Source of the DNA: an uncultured Desulfatitalea sp.
GTDB lineage: Bacteria; Desulfobacterota; Desulfobacteria; Desulfobacterales; Desulfosarcinaceae
Length of the DNA stretch: 64,000 nucleotides
Direction of reading: 5' to 3'
Assembly (NCBI GenBank): GCA_963668675.2
Contig: CAXXMB010000002.1
Location: 288,001-352,000, forward strand
The position numbers were made by a program, and so were the translations under genes. This document shows, one piece after another, positions 10,705 through 21,723 of this stretch (the first letter of the stretch is position 1; each line of letters starts with the position of its first letter). A model generated the notes under the pieces. The model had not been told where the DNA came from, searched no databases, and was given only the letters and a program-made list of their open reading frames with translations.

Positions 10705-12981
10705 GTGTCTGCAAAACCACTTGTTGTTGTTGAGTCTCCAACCAAGATCCGCACCATCAAAAAATATCTGGGCAACGAATTTAACGTGGCCGCTACGGTA
10801 GGCCATATCAAAGATCTGCCTGCCAAAGAGATCGGCATCGATATCGATAATAATTTCAAGCCGCTCTACCGTAACATCCCCGGCAAATCAAAGGTGATCT
10901 CCTCCCTTCGCTCGGCGGCAGGGGAGGCCGAAGACATCTACCTTGCGCCGGACCCGGACCGTGAAGGTGAAGCCATCGCCTGGCATGCGGCCGAAATTCT
11001 AAAGAAAAAAGGGCGCCGTTTTCACCGGGTGCTCTTTCACGAACTGACCAAAAACGGCATTATCAAAGCCATTTCGACCCCTGAAACGCTCAACAAAAAT
11101 AAATATGAAGCCCAACAGGCGCGTCGTATCCTCGACCGGCTGGTAGGATACCAAGTCTCCCCGCTTCTGTGGAAAAAGGTCAAGGGCAATCTGAGTGCCG
11201 GCCGGGTGCAATCGGTGGCCGTGCGCATCATTTGCGAACGCGAAAGGGCCATCCAGCAGTTCGACCCCGAGGAGTACTGGTCCATCACCACCCAGCTCGA
11301 AGGTCAGACGCCGCCTGCCTTCGACGCAAAACTGGTTAAAAAGGATGGCAAGAAGATCACCATCCCCGATGAAGCGACGGCCAATGGCATCGTACAAGAT
11401 CTGAAGGCGGCGGAGTATCAGGTATCCAAGGTCGCCAAGAAAACAGTCCGCCGAAACCCGCAGCCTCCTTTTATCACGAGCAAGCTTCAGCAGGAAGCGA
11501 TCCGTAAGCTGCGATTTTCCGCCAAGAAGACCATGATCATCGCCCAGCAGCTTTATGAAGGCATCGACCTGGGGCCCGGCGAGCCGGTCGGTCTAATTAC
11601 CTACATGCGAACCGACTCCACCCGCATTGCCGCCGAAGCCGCCCAGGAGGCCATCGATTGGGTTCGAGATGTCCACGGCAAGGAGTACGCCCTGGACCAG
11701 CCGCGCAATTTCGGCAATCGTAAAAAGGTGCAGGATGCTCACGAGGCCATTCGCCCCACATCGGTCTACAACACCCCCGAGCAACTGGCCAGATATCTCA
11801 GCAAAGACCAGATGGCCCTCTACCAGATGATCTGGCGCCGCTTCGTGGCTTCGCAAATGACGCAGGCCCTGATCGACCAGAACAGCGTCTCTATTCAAGC
11901 CGCCGACTATACCCTGACCGTTACCGGCTCTTCGATCAAATTCCCCGGCTTCATGACCGTCTATCAGACCGTTGACCAGGAGGCTGAAAGCAGCCGCAAG
12001 CAACAATCCCTGCCACCGCTGGCCGAAGGCGATCGCCTGGACCTGAAGGAAATCTTGCCCAAGCAGCACTTCACTCAACCGCCGCCCCGCTTTTCAGAAG
12101 CGTCCCTGGTCAAGGAGCTGGAGGAGAACGGTATCGGCCGTCCAAGCACCTATGCGGCAATTCTCTCCACTATCCGAGACAAAGGCTATGTGGACCTGAT
12201 CAAAGGCTACTTCCATCCGAGCGAACTGGGTTTTATCGTCAACGATCTGTTGGTGGTCAATTTCCCCGAGATCTTCAGCGTCGAATTTACGGCGCAAATG
12301 GAAGACAATCTCGACCGCGTGGAGACAGCCGACCTCAACCTGGTGAGCGTTTTGAGCAACTTCTACGGACCGTTCAGCCGCAAACTATCCCAAGCAGACG
12401 ACCAGATGCTCAGCGTCAAAGGGGTCGGCATTCCCACGGAGCTTGAGTGCCCCCAGTGCAAAAAAAACAGACTGCATATCAAAGTGGGACGCAACGGGCA
12501 CTTTCTCGCCTGCAGCGGATACCCGGAGTGCACCTATTCTCGAGATTATGTACGCGATGAGCGCGGACGCATTCAGCCTGTAGAGCCCAACCACGAGGCC
12601 GCCACAGACAAGGTGTGCCCCAAGTGCAACAAACCCATGGTCGTCAAGCGCGGGAAGTACGGTGAGTTCATCGCGTGCAGCGGATTTCCCGAATGCAATC
12701 ACACCGAATCGATTAACGGCGGCACCAACGGGAAGAGCACCGGCGTCAACTGTCCGGAGAAGGGCTGCGACGGCGAGGTGGTCGAGAAGCGGTCCAAACG
12801 GGGTAAGGTGTTCTATGGCTGCAACCGCTACCCGGAGTGCACATTTGCCACCTGGGACAAACCCGTGGCAAAAGCTTGCCCTGCCTGTGGGAAACCCTAC
12901 CTGCTTGAAAAGACCACCAAGCGCGACGGCACCTTCCTGGCTTGTGCCGACAAGGAGTGCGGCTATCGGGAGAATCTCTGA
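10705..12981 (+). CDS. topA: DNA topoisomerase I
   Basis: VVESPTK, DPDREGEAIAWH, ITYMRTDS, C-terminal Zn ribbons. Confidence 0.98.
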   Translation: MSAKPLVVVESPTKIRTIKKYLGNEFNVAATVGHIKDLPAKEIGIDIDNNFKPLYRNIPGKSKVISSLRSAAGEAEDIYLAPDPDREGEAIAWHAAEILKKKGRRFHRVLFHELTKNGIIKAISTPETLNKNKYEAQQARRILDRLVGYQVSPLLWKKVKGNLSAGRVQSVAVRIICERERAIQQFDPEEYWSITTQLEGQTPPAFDAKLVKKDGKKITIPDEATANGIVQDLKAAEYQVSKVAKKTVRRNPQPPFITSKLQQEAIRKLRFSAKKTMIIAQQLYEGIDLGPGEPVGLITYMRTDSTRIAAEAAQEAIDWVRDVHGKEYALDQPRNFGNRKKVQDAHEAIRPTSVYNTPEQLARYLSKDQMALYQMIWRRFVASQMTQALIDQNSVSIQAADYTLTVTGSSIKFPGFMTVYQTVDQEAESSRKQQSLPPLAEGDRLDLKEILPKQHFTQPPPRFSEASLVKELEENGIGRPSTYAAILSTIRDKGYVDLIKGYFHPSELGFIVNDLLVVNFPEIFSVEFTAQMEDNLDRVETADLNLVSVLSNFYGPFSRKLSQADDQMLSVKGVGIPTELECPQCKKNRLHIKVGRNGHFLACSGYPECTYSRDYVRDERGRIQPVEPNHEAATDKVCPKCNKPMVVKRGKYGEFIACSGFPECNHTESINGGTNGKSTGVNCPEKGCDGEVVEKRSKRGKVFYGCNRYPECTFATWDKPVAKACPACGKPYLLEKTTKRDGTFLACADKECGYRENL

Positions 12982-13234
12982 CCATCCCGCCCTCCCCAAA
13001 AACTGACAGAGTCACCGAAGCGGAGCCCGAATGCCGGCACATTTTCCCATTGACGCACTTGCCTTCGGATGAGAGCATGAGCGAACATGGTCGAAAAACG
13101 GTTTTCGGTTTTACGACCATGCACCAACCTTTTGCCACAAAAACCAAATTTACCAAAACGACATACGTTCATTGCACACGGAGAATCAGATGGGCAGGGA
13201 TGCAGCGAAGCGACCTCGGATTGAACCTCACTCC

Positions 13235-16126
13235 ATGTCAAAGCAATTTGCCAAAGATTATCTGACCATTTCCATCATTCCACTCTTAATCCTTTTCATC
13301 CTTGTCATCGTCGGCACAACCATTACGCGCAGTTATCTGACCCAACTGATTGTAGCGTCCACCAGCGACCTGAACGAGGATGCGGAACGCAACCTGCAGC
13401 AATTGGGTGAACTGCTGATTCAGTCCAAAGCGAGGGATGTCGCCAAACAGATCGAGATCTACTTCCGCATGCATCCGGACCGTACCATCGAGGAGATGCG
13501 CAACGATCCACTGTTTATCAGTCTTGCCATACAAAAAGTGGGAAAGACGGGCTATACGGCCATCACCGAAACGGAAACCTACCTGTTCCGTGTACACCCC
13601 AACGAAAAACTCAACGACACGGACATGCGCGATCTTGCAGAGAAGCTGCCCTCATGGTGGAAAATCGTCTCCGCCTCGAACGAGGGCGTTGAAGCGTCGG
13701 GATATTATAATTGGCTTGAGCCGGATGGATCGATTCGGAAAAAATTCATGGCCTTTTCGCCGATAAGGATGACACTTCAGGGGACCACGGAAATGGTAGC
13801 GGTCACCACCTATATCGACGAATTCTCCGCCCCTATTCACGACATGCGGGAGCGCGCCGATAGTATCGTCGCCCAATACCAGCGCTATGTATCCCGACAG
13901 TGGGGTATTTTCAGCATCATCGCAATCGCAGTGCTCATCCTGACCTTTGCCGGAACCTACTTTTTAGGCCGAAGAGCGGCGTTGCGATATATCCACCCCA
14001 TCATGCAGTTGGCCCAATCCGCCCACGAACTGGGAGAAGGCAAGTGGGACATCGCCACCCATGATGAGGTGCTCAAGAGAAAAGACGAAATCGGTACGCT
14101 GGCGCACGCCTTGAACAGCATGTCGTCGCAGTTGAGAGATCTTTTTAACCGTCTCAAGCAACGGGTACAAGAACTCAAAGAGACTCAGAATGCATTGGAA
14201 GAGAGCGAGGCCCATTTCCGAAGCCTGTTTGACGGTGTTCCAGTCGGGCTCTATCGCTCTGCGCCCGATGGCACGATCCTCGACGCCAATCCCACATTGG
14301 CCGGCATGCTGGGATTTCCGGATCTGGTCACCTTCATGAAGCATAATGCAGCACAGCTCTATCTCGACCCGGAGGAGAGAACCCTCTGGCAATCCCAAAT
14401 GGAAGATAAGGGGACGGTCCACAACTTTGAAATACGAATGCGAAGATATGATGGCTCGATCGCTTGGATCGAAAATCAGGCCCGTGCTGTAAGAAACGAG
14501 ACGGGCCACATCAGTTATTACGAAGGTAGTCTTAAAGACGTCTCCGAACGAAGAGAAGCCGAAGAGGCGCTTAAAGCAAGCGAGGAGCGACTGAGACTGC
14601 TCTATGAAGAATCTAAAAAGGCCGAAGAAGTATACCGCTCCTTGATCCATTCATCGGCCGATGCGATCGTTATCTATGATCTTAAGGGAAACGCCAGCTA
14701 TATCAGCCCCATGTTTTCGGAGATGTTCGAATGGAGCTCGGACGAGTTGCTGGGCAAAACCGTCCCCTTCGTGCCGGAATCCGAGCGGGAGATCACCATG
14801 AAAATGGTTCGGCAGGTTATCGAGAACGGGACGCCGTGCCAGGGGTTCGAATCGAAGCGCACCACAAAAAGCGGACGGGTGATCGATGTGAGCATCAGCG
14901 CCTCCAGATATGATGATCACAAGGGCAGACCGGCCGGCATGCTGGTCATCCTCAGGGATATTTCCGAACGAAAACGCCTGGAATCCCAACTTCAGCACAT
15001 CGAACGAATGGAAGCGATAGGAACGCTTGCCGGTGGCATTTCCCATGATTTCAATAATTTACTAATGGTTGTGCAGGGAAGTGCCAGCCTGCTGAAGCAA
15101 CAGCTGCCCGACTTGGACGCGAACCAAAAAATTCTGGACAACATCGAAAAGCAGGTTCAACGCGGATCACGCTTGACCAGCCAGCTGCTCGGTTATGCGC
15201 GCAAAGGTCGGTACCAAGTGCGGCCGCTCGACCTTAACGCCATCGTGCGGGAAAATACGGAGACCATAAGACACACACGCAAAGACATCACCATCCATTA
15301 CGATCTTTCCAAGGAGATCAAAACAATCGAAGCCGATGTCTATCAGATCGAACAGGTGTTGATGAACCTCTTCATCAATGCATCCGATGCAATGCCTGAT
15401 GGGGGAGAGCTGCATCTAAAAACACGAAATGTCTCTTCCGACGAGATGACAAACGGTCCCTATAAACCCAAACCCGGTTCCTATATCCTGTTACGGGTGG
15501 AGGACAATGGTATCGGCATGAACCAGAAAACACTCGACCGGGCCTTCGATCCCTTTTTTACCACCAAGGAGATGGGCAAGGGGACCGGGCTCGGACTCTC
15601 TTCCGTCTATGGAATCGTTAAAAGTCACGGCGGCTATATCGATGCTGAATCCGAAATCGGTCGCGGAACGGCCTTCAGCATCTATCTTCCCGCTTCGGAT
15701 AGCCCCATAGCGCCCTCCGGTCCCAAGCCCCGGCAGGTGCCGAAAGGTGAAGGCACCATTTTACTCATCGATGACGAGCCCCTTGTCCTCGATGTGGGCT
15801 CAAAGATGCTTCGATCCCTTGGCTACGAAGTGATCTCGGCCAGCAGCGGAAAGCAGGCGATCGATATTTACAAAGAGCAGAGTGAAAAGATCGATCTGAT
15901 CCTTCTCGATATGGTGATGCCTGACATGGGGGGCAGTGTCAGTTTCGACCTGCTCAACAAAATCAATCCCCAAGCCAAAGTCATCCTTTCCAGCGGTTAC
16001 AGCATTGATGGCAAGGCGACTGAGATCATGAGCCGCGGGTGTAAAGGATTTATTCAAAAGCCATACACCATCGAGCAGCTATCGCAGAAGGTGCAATCCG
16101 TTCTATCGGGGGCCACCCAAAAATGA
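13235..16126 (+). CDS. Membrane hybrid sensor histidine kinase (Cache-like, HAMP, 2 PAS, HisKA, HATPase, REC)
   Basis: Two TM segments, GISHDFNN H-box, FFTTK/GTGLGL, LLDMVMP receiver. Confidence 0.92.
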   Translation: MSKQFAKDYLTISIIPLLILFILVIVGTTITRSYLTQLIVASTSDLNEDAERNLQQLGELLIQSKARDVAKQIEIYFRMHPDRTIEEMRNDPLFISLAIQKVGKTGYTAITETETYLFRVHPNEKLNDTDMRDLAEKLPSWWKIVSASNEGVEASGYYNWLEPDGSIRKKFMAFSPIRMTLQGTTEMVAVTTYIDEFSAPIHDMRERADSIVAQYQRYVSRQWGIFSIIAIAVLILTFAGTYFLGRRAALRYIHPIMQLAQSAHELGEGKWDIATHDEVLKRKDEIGTLAHALNSMSSQLRDLFNRLKQRVQELKETQNALEESEAHFRSLFDGVPVGLYRSAPDGTILDANPTLAGMLGFPDLVTFMKHNAAQLYLDPEERTLWQSQMEDKGTVHNFEIRMRRYDGSIAWIENQARAVRNETGHISYYEGSLKDVSERREAEEALKASEERLRLLYEESKKAEEVYRSLIHSSADAIVIYDLKGNASYISPMFSEMFEWSSDELLGKTVPFVPESEREITMKMVRQVIENGTPCQGFESKRTTKSGRVIDVSISASRYDDHKGRPAGMLVILRDISERKRLESQLQHIERMEAIGTLAGGISHDFNNLLMVVQGSASLLKQQLPDLDANQKILDNIEKQVQRGSRLTSQLLGYARKGRYQVRPLDLNAIVRENTETIRHTRKDITIHYDLSKEIKTIEADVYQIEQVLMNLFINASDAMPDGGELHLKTRNVSSDEMTNGPYKPKPGSYILLRVEDNGIGMNQKTLDRAFDPFFTTKEMGKGTGLGLSSVYGIVKSHGGYIDAESEIGRGTAFSIYLPASDSPIAPSGPKPRQVPKGEGTILLIDDEPLVLDVGSKMLRSLGYEVISASSGKQAIDIYKEQSEKIDLILLDMVMPDMGGSVSFDLLNKINPQAKVILSSGYSIDGKATEIMSRGCKGFIQKPYTIEQLSQKVQSVLSGATQK

Positions 16127-16358
16127 TGTGAGCCGACATCCCATCTCTCAGCAGAGAGGTCAAAACCCGGCAATGCTTCCGCCGGCCACACCTTGACATC
16201 CTCGTCACTTAAGGCTAAAAATTAATGTGATTTCATGTTGATAGATATGATACTCGCACACGGCCTTAGGGCATTCAAACCATGTGCTGTCAAAACATCG
16301 CATCCATCTTGCTTAGAACGAAACATCACTGAACCATACTCTGACGGGAGCCTGTGGG

Positions 16359-19300
16359 ATGACCGACAACGCCGCCTATCAGCAACTCGAAGAGCGTCTT
16401 AACGATATCCAAAAGTGGATCTCGGAAGGATACTATGAGATTGATTTAAAAGGAAATTTTACGTTTATAAACGATGCGTTCATACGCATTACCGGCTACA
16501 CCCGCCAAGAGCTGATGGGAATGGGATACCGGGAATACACCTCACCGGAAGATGCAAATCATCTGTTCCGAATCTTCAACAAGGCCAGCGAAACCGGTGA
16601 ATCGGGCGAGGTCGTCGACTTCGGTTTTATCCGCAAGGACGGATCGGTGGCCCGGGTCGAGATATCGACTAGCCTGAGCCGCAATCCTTCAGGGCAGCCG
16701 ATCGGTTTCTACGGAATTATGCGTGATCGAACCGAACAGAAAAGGGTGGAGGAGAGGCTGCGGCAGAGCGAAGAGAGCTATCGCGGCCTGCTGGAGTTGG
16801 CCCCGGACGCGATCTCGGTGACCCGAATCAGTGATGGCCGCTATGTGCAGGTCAACAACACCTTCACCAAACGCACCGGCTACAGTGCCGAAGAGGCGGT
16901 GGGTCGAACCATCTCCGACCTGAACATTTACGCCGACCCCTCTGATCGCGGCCGCGTATTGGAAGCGCTCAAACGGGACGGTAAAATTGAAGCGATGGAG
17001 ATGAAGTTCAGAACCAAGTCGGGTGCCATTCAGGACACCCTGATGTCCGCCCGTCCCGTCTCATACCAGGGCGACGACTGCCTCCTGGTCGTCAGCGCCA
17101 ACATCGGCCCGCTCAAACAGGCCCAGCGCAACCTGCGCCAAAAGGAGTCCAAACTTCGCAACATACTGGAGAGCATCAACGATGGATACTACGAGGTCGA
17201 TCTGAATGGGAACCTGATCTATTTCAACGATGCCCTGCTGCAGCTTTCGGGCTATCCTCGCCAGGAGCTTACGGGGATGAATTTCAGGGATTTTATCGCG
17301 ACCGAAGACGCTGAAAAGGTCTACGCCGTCTTCTATGAGATCTACCGCGGGACCGCTGCGACCCAATTTATCGAGCATTCGACCGTAAAAAAGGATGGCA
17401 CCCGCCGCATGGTGGAGACCTCCATCAGCTTGGCACGCAACGCTTCAGGAGAGCCGGCCGGCTTCTACGGCATCACGCGCGACCGCACCGAGCAAAAGAT
17501 GGCCGAGGAGAAGCTTCAACAGAGTGAAGAGGGCTATCGCGGCATTCTTGAATTGGCCCCGGACTCAATCACGGTGGGGACCATTGAAGATGGTCGCTAC
17601 CTTCTGGTCAACGACGCCTTCTGTAAACTGAGCGGTTATGCGGCCGAGGAGGCGTTGGGCCGGACGGCCTTGGAGCTGGGCCTGTATGCCGATGCCAAAG
17701 ACCGGGAGCAGATGCTCAACGATCTGAAGAGACACGGCCGCGTCGAAAACGCCGAAATTCAGTTCAAAACCAAGTCCGGCCGAATTTTACAAACACTGAC
17801 ATCGGCCATAAAGATCGTGTTCGAGGGTAAGGATTGTCTCCTGGTCATCGTCACCGACATCACCTCCCTCAAAGAGGCACAGGAGGTCCTCCAACAAAGC
17901 GAAAAGAAGTACCGCACGATTCTGGAGGGTATGGAAGAGGGCTACTATGAGATCGATTTGAATGGCGACTTCACCTATTTCAACGAATCCACCCGCAAGC
18001 TGCATGGCTACTCACCCGAGGAATTGATGGGGATGAGCTATAAGCAGTATCTAAGGCCCGACACGGCCAAAGTATTCTTCAATATCTTTATTAAAATATT
18101 CGAAACCGGAGTACCTTCGACCATATTGGAGTACGAGGTGATCCGTAAAGATGGGACGAGTCGTATATGTGAAATGTCGGCCTACCTCAGAAGGGACCCA
18201 TCCGGCAAACCGATCGGTTTCTGGGGCATTACTCGGGATCGTACTGACCAGAAGAAGATGGAGGCCCAACTGCTCCAATCCAACAAGATGGAAGCCATCG
18301 GCACCTTGGCCGGAGGGCTGGCCCATGACTTCAACAACCTGTTGATGGGAATTCAGGGCAACGCTGCGCTGATGCTCATGGATATCGGTGAAGAGGACCT
18401 CGGCTATGACAACCTGAAGAGCATCGAACAGTATGTCAAGGCCGGCGCAGACCTCACCAAACAGCTGCTCGGCGCTGCCAAAGGTGGAAAGTACGAGGTT
18501 AAACCGGCCGATATGAACCGGGTGGTCGACGCCAGCGCCAATCTATTCGGTCGTACGAAAAAAGAGATCCGCATCCATAAAGCCCTTCAGACGAACTTGT
18601 GGACCGTGGAGGTCGACCGTGGCCAGATTGAACAGGTCCTATTGAACCTCTACGTGAATGCCTGGCATGCCATGCCAAATGGGGGTGATCTTTACATAGA
18701 GAGCCGCAACATCGAGTTGGATGAAGAGAGCGCCCACCCCTATGGCCTGCATCCTGGGCGGCATATCAGAGTCACGGTCACCGATACCGGCACAGGTATC
18801 GCCCCAGATGATCTGAAACAAATATTCGACCCCTTTTTCACCACCAAAGAGATGAGCCGCGGCACCGGGTTGGGCCTTGCATCGGCTTACGGCATCATCT
18901 CCAACCATGGTGGTACAATTACGGTCTATAGCGAACAGGGCAATGGCAGCACCTTCAACATCTATATTCCGGTGACCGACAAGCAGGTCGTAACAAAGAG
19001 AGAAGCAACAGCAGAGACCATCTCCGGCAACGAAACAGTCCTTTTGGTAGACGATGATGCGGGCATCGTGGGGGTCGGGCGGTTGATTCTGGAGAAACTG
19101 GGATATCACGTCATGACCGCTCACAGTGGGCAGGAGGCCATCGACATCTATCAGCAGCATCAGAAGATCATCGATCTTGTGATCCTGGACATGATCATGC
19201 CGGGCTTGAGTGGCAGCGAAACCTTCAATGAGATGAAAGCAATCAACCCAGAAATCAGCGTCATTCTTTCGAGCGGCTACAGCATCAATGGCCAAGCAAA

Positions 19301-19397
19301 AAGCATTATGGAAAGCGGCTGCAAAGGCTTCATTCAGAAGCCTTACAACATCAAAGAGCTCTCCATCAAGCTAAGAGAAGTACTCGATGCCCCCTGA
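16359..19397 (+). CDS. Cytoplasmic hybrid histidine kinase with five PAS domains
   Basis: Repeated PAS units, LAHDFNN, GTGLGL, C-terminal receiver ILDMIMP. Confidence 0.93.
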   Translation: MTDNAAYQQLEERLNDIQKWISEGYYEIDLKGNFTFINDAFIRITGYTRQELMGMGYREYTSPEDANHLFRIFNKASETGESGEVVDFGFIRKDGSVARVEISTSLSRNPSGQPIGFYGIMRDRTEQKRVEERLRQSEESYRGLLELAPDAISVTRISDGRYVQVNNTFTKRTGYSAEEAVGRTISDLNIYADPSDRGRVLEALKRDGKIEAMEMKFRTKSGAIQDTLMSARPVSYQGDDCLLVVSANIGPLKQAQRNLRQKESKLRNILESINDGYYEVDLNGNLIYFNDALLQLSGYPRQELTGMNFRDFIATEDAEKVYAVFYEIYRGTAATQFIEHSTVKKDGTRRMVETSISLARNASGEPAGFYGITRDRTEQKMAEEKLQQSEEGYRGILELAPDSITVGTIEDGRYLLVNDAFCKLSGYAAEEALGRTALELGLYADAKDREQMLNDLKRHGRVENAEIQFKTKSGRILQTLTSAIKIVFEGKDCLLVIVTDITSLKEAQEVLQQSEKKYRTILEGMEEGYYEIDLNGDFTYFNESTRKLHGYSPEELMGMSYKQYLRPDTAKVFFNIFIKIFETGVPSTILEYEVIRKDGTSRICEMSAYLRRDPSGKPIGFWGITRDRTDQKKMEAQLLQSNKMEAIGTLAGGLAHDFNNLLMGIQGNAALMLMDIGEEDLGYDNLKSIEQYVKAGADLTKQLLGAAKGGKYEVKPADMNRVVDASANLFGRTKKEIRIHKALQTNLWTVEVDRGQIEQVLLNLYVNAWHAMPNGGDLYIESRNIELDEESAHPYGLHPGRHIRVTVTDTGTGIAPDDLKQIFDPFFTTKEMSRGTGLGLASAYGIISNHGGTITVYSEQGNGSTFNIYIPVTDKQVVTKREATAETISGNETVLLVDDDAGIVGVGRLILEKLGYHVMTAHSGQEAIDIYQQHQKIIDLVILDMIMPGLSGSETFNEMKAINPEISVILSSGYSINGQAKSIMESGCKGFIQKPYNIKELSIKLREVLDAP

Positions 19398-19426
19398 ACC
19401 GAAACGCCTCACTGCAAACCGGGCGA

Positions 19427-20551
19427 TCAGGTCTTGGATGGCAGGATCTTCTCCATCACCTCCTGGGGCATGCGCAGGGCGGCACGCTCGCCGTTGGATG
19501 TATTGATCAATCCTCTCTGGATGAGCATCCTGAGGGATCGCTCTTTTTTAGCGGCGGCAGCCCCGGAGAGATGGGCAACGACCTCGTCCGGTATCGGCTC
19601 GGTCTCCAGAAAACCCGTCTTGACGGCCTCGTCTACGACCCGCTCTCCCCTTTCGGACCGGACAATCAGCGTATTCCACTTTTCGCGCCCCTCGTACATC
19701 CCCACAGAGAGGTCAGCCAACTCGGAGGTCATATCCAAACAGGTAAAACAGGTGTGCGGAATGAGCGGCTTCAACTCGGAGAGGGAGATCTCCACAGGCC
19801 CCTTGACCGTATCCAGCACCATGACGTTGGCCGGTGGGGGGGGGATATCCATGCCTCGAATATCTGCCAGGTCCACCCGTTGCGCCAGCAGGTCGATCAA
19901 TTGACGGGTGTCCAGAGACCAGTTGCAAAAAAGGCCGATGGTTAATGCGACAGAAACCTGATGCTCCTCTTTCTCCAACGGGTTCATCCGCATCTGGGAG
20001 ACGGCCAGCATCTGACAGGGGGTGCCGATAACGCCCAGATCCCTGTAACCCTGCTGTACAGCTCTGTTCAACCCGGCCAGGGTCGGCGCCGCCATGAACT
20101 TGGATCCTGCCAGTCCGGCAACCTGCGTCCAGTCGGTCACCAGGCTGGCGACCGGCGTCAGTGCTTGACGATCCGTCAATGCAGCTGCGCTGACCATCCC
20201 GGCCTTCATGGCATGGGCCATCAGCGCCGAGGCCGTACCGCCACCCTGGAAATGCCCGGGCACCATCTGCTCTCCCGCCCTGGCGGCCAGTACCGTTCGA
20301 AAGGGTCCCAGCGGGCTACCGTCGTATGGGGTATTCCAAACGTGCTGATAGACAGCGTTCAGGTCAACCTCGGCCTTGGGACAATAGGCAAAACATCGTC
20401 CCTGAGGCAGTGTACACGGAAACAATTGCGCTGTTTTACCCTTGTAATTTTTGAAGTAGGGACACAACTCAACGCATGCCCCGCAGCCGATACACAGCTC
20501 CCTGTCGTGCACATCCTCGATCAATTCATTGGACCCAAACACCTGTGGCAT
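19427..20551 (-). CDS. FrhB/FdhB-family (F420 hydrogenase beta-like) Fe-S flavoprotein
   Basis: CIGCGACVELCP, QGGGTASAL, GTPCQ, IGLFC, CFTCLD; RBS GGGGGA before MPQVFG. Confidence 0.88.
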   Translation of the reverse strand: MPQVFGSNELIEDVHDRELCIGCGACVELCPYFKNYKGKTAQLFPCTLPQGRCFAYCPKAEVDLNAVYQHVWNTPYDGSPLGPFRTVLAARAGEQMVPGHFQGGGTASALMAHAMKAGMVSAAALTDRQALTPVASLVTDWTQVAGLAGSKFMAAPTLAGLNRAVQQGYRDLGVIGTPCQMLAVSQMRMNPLEKEEHQVSVALTIGLFCNWSLDTRQLIDLLAQRVDLADIRGMDIPPPPANVMVLDTVKGPVEISLSELKPLIPHTCFTCLDMTSELADLSVGMYEGREKWNTLIVRSERGERVVDEAVKTGFLETEPIPDEVVAHLSGAAAAKKERSLRMLIQRGLINTSNGERAALRMPQEVMEKILPSKT

Positions 20552-20842
20552 GTATCCCCCTATCACTCTGTAATATTTATCTATCAACAATCCTGTAGAG
20601 ATAGACGACGCGGGTAACCGCCCCATTGTTCCAGGCCTAAATCGCCCCCGTCTGCGTTACTTTACGGCAAATGCTCGCCTCAACCCAAATAGAAACTTAC
20701 ATATTTTAGCCTAAGTGCCGATACAAAGAAAGAAGGTTTCTGCTATTGAGGCCTTAAAAAGTGTGAACGACCGATGGTGTTGCATCTTTGTTTCGAGACA
20801 TCGCTGCTCAGGCGCCCGGCTATCGGTCTACTGGAGAAGAAG

Positions 20843-21646
20843 ATGCCTTACCTGACGATCGATGAACGCAACCATTACTATGAAATTCATGGCAAAGGCC
20901 CTCCCCTGGTCCTGATTTCCGGACTGGGCACCTCACGTCTTTTTTGGTGGAAACAGATCGGACCCCTGCCGGAAAAATATACAACCATCACCCTGGACAA
21001 CCGTGGGATCGGCAACAGTTCACGGGTAAACAAGCCCTTCACCATCGATGACATGGCCGACGATATCGCCGCCATCCTGCAGCACATCGGCACAGGCCCC
21101 TGCCATATCATCGGAACCTCCATGGGCGGTTTTGTAGCCCTGACATTGGCCATTAACTATCCGCTTTCGGTGAACAAATTGATGGTGGTGGCAACGAGTG
21201 CCGGCGGTCCAAACCACCTTCCACCGTACGAGAATATTCTCCAGTTGGCCACCAACACCGATCATGCGGATGTGGAGACCTATACGCGCAATATCCATAT
21301 CGCTATCGCCGGCCCAGGATATATGCAATCCAACCCGCAAGATCTCGAGCATCTGGTTAAAAACGCGACAGAGACCCCTCTGTCGCCGGACACCTACCTC
21401 TATCAGCTCAACGCCATCAACCATTACGATACCAGCGGTGGTGTGGCCTCCAGGCTACATCGCATCCAGGTGCCGACCATGGTGCTGCATGGCATGGCGG
21501 ACCCATTGATCCCTTATGCCAATGGCCGCTATCTGGCCGATCATATCGAAGGGGCTCACCTGCTGAGCTATGACGGTATCGGGCACTTGCCCCCCATCGA
21601 AGCGGCAAAACGATTCAACCAGGATGCCATCGCCTTCTTCGGATAG
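20843..21646 (+). CDS. Alpha/beta-fold hydrolase
   Basis: DNRGIG, nucleophile elbow GTSMGG, HGMADP, GH catalytic His. Confidence 0.9.
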   Translation: MPYLTIDERNHYYEIHGKGPPLVLISGLGTSRLFWWKQIGPLPEKYTTITLDNRGIGNSSRVNKPFTIDDMADDIAAILQHIGTGPCHIIGTSMGGFVALTLAINYPLSVNKLMVVATSAGGPNHLPPYENILQLATNTDHADVETYTRNIHIAIAGPGYMQSNPQDLEHLVKNATETPLSPDTYLYQLNAINHYDTSGGVASRLHRIQVPTMVLHGMADPLIPYANGRYLADHIEGAHLLSYDGIGHLPPIEAAKRFNQDAIAFFG

Positions 21647-21723
21647 GAGCGGCCACCAGCACCCGTTTACAGGAGAAAAGTGTAGGCCACCATCGAAGCA
21701 GTTCATACACATCCGCCGGCAGG

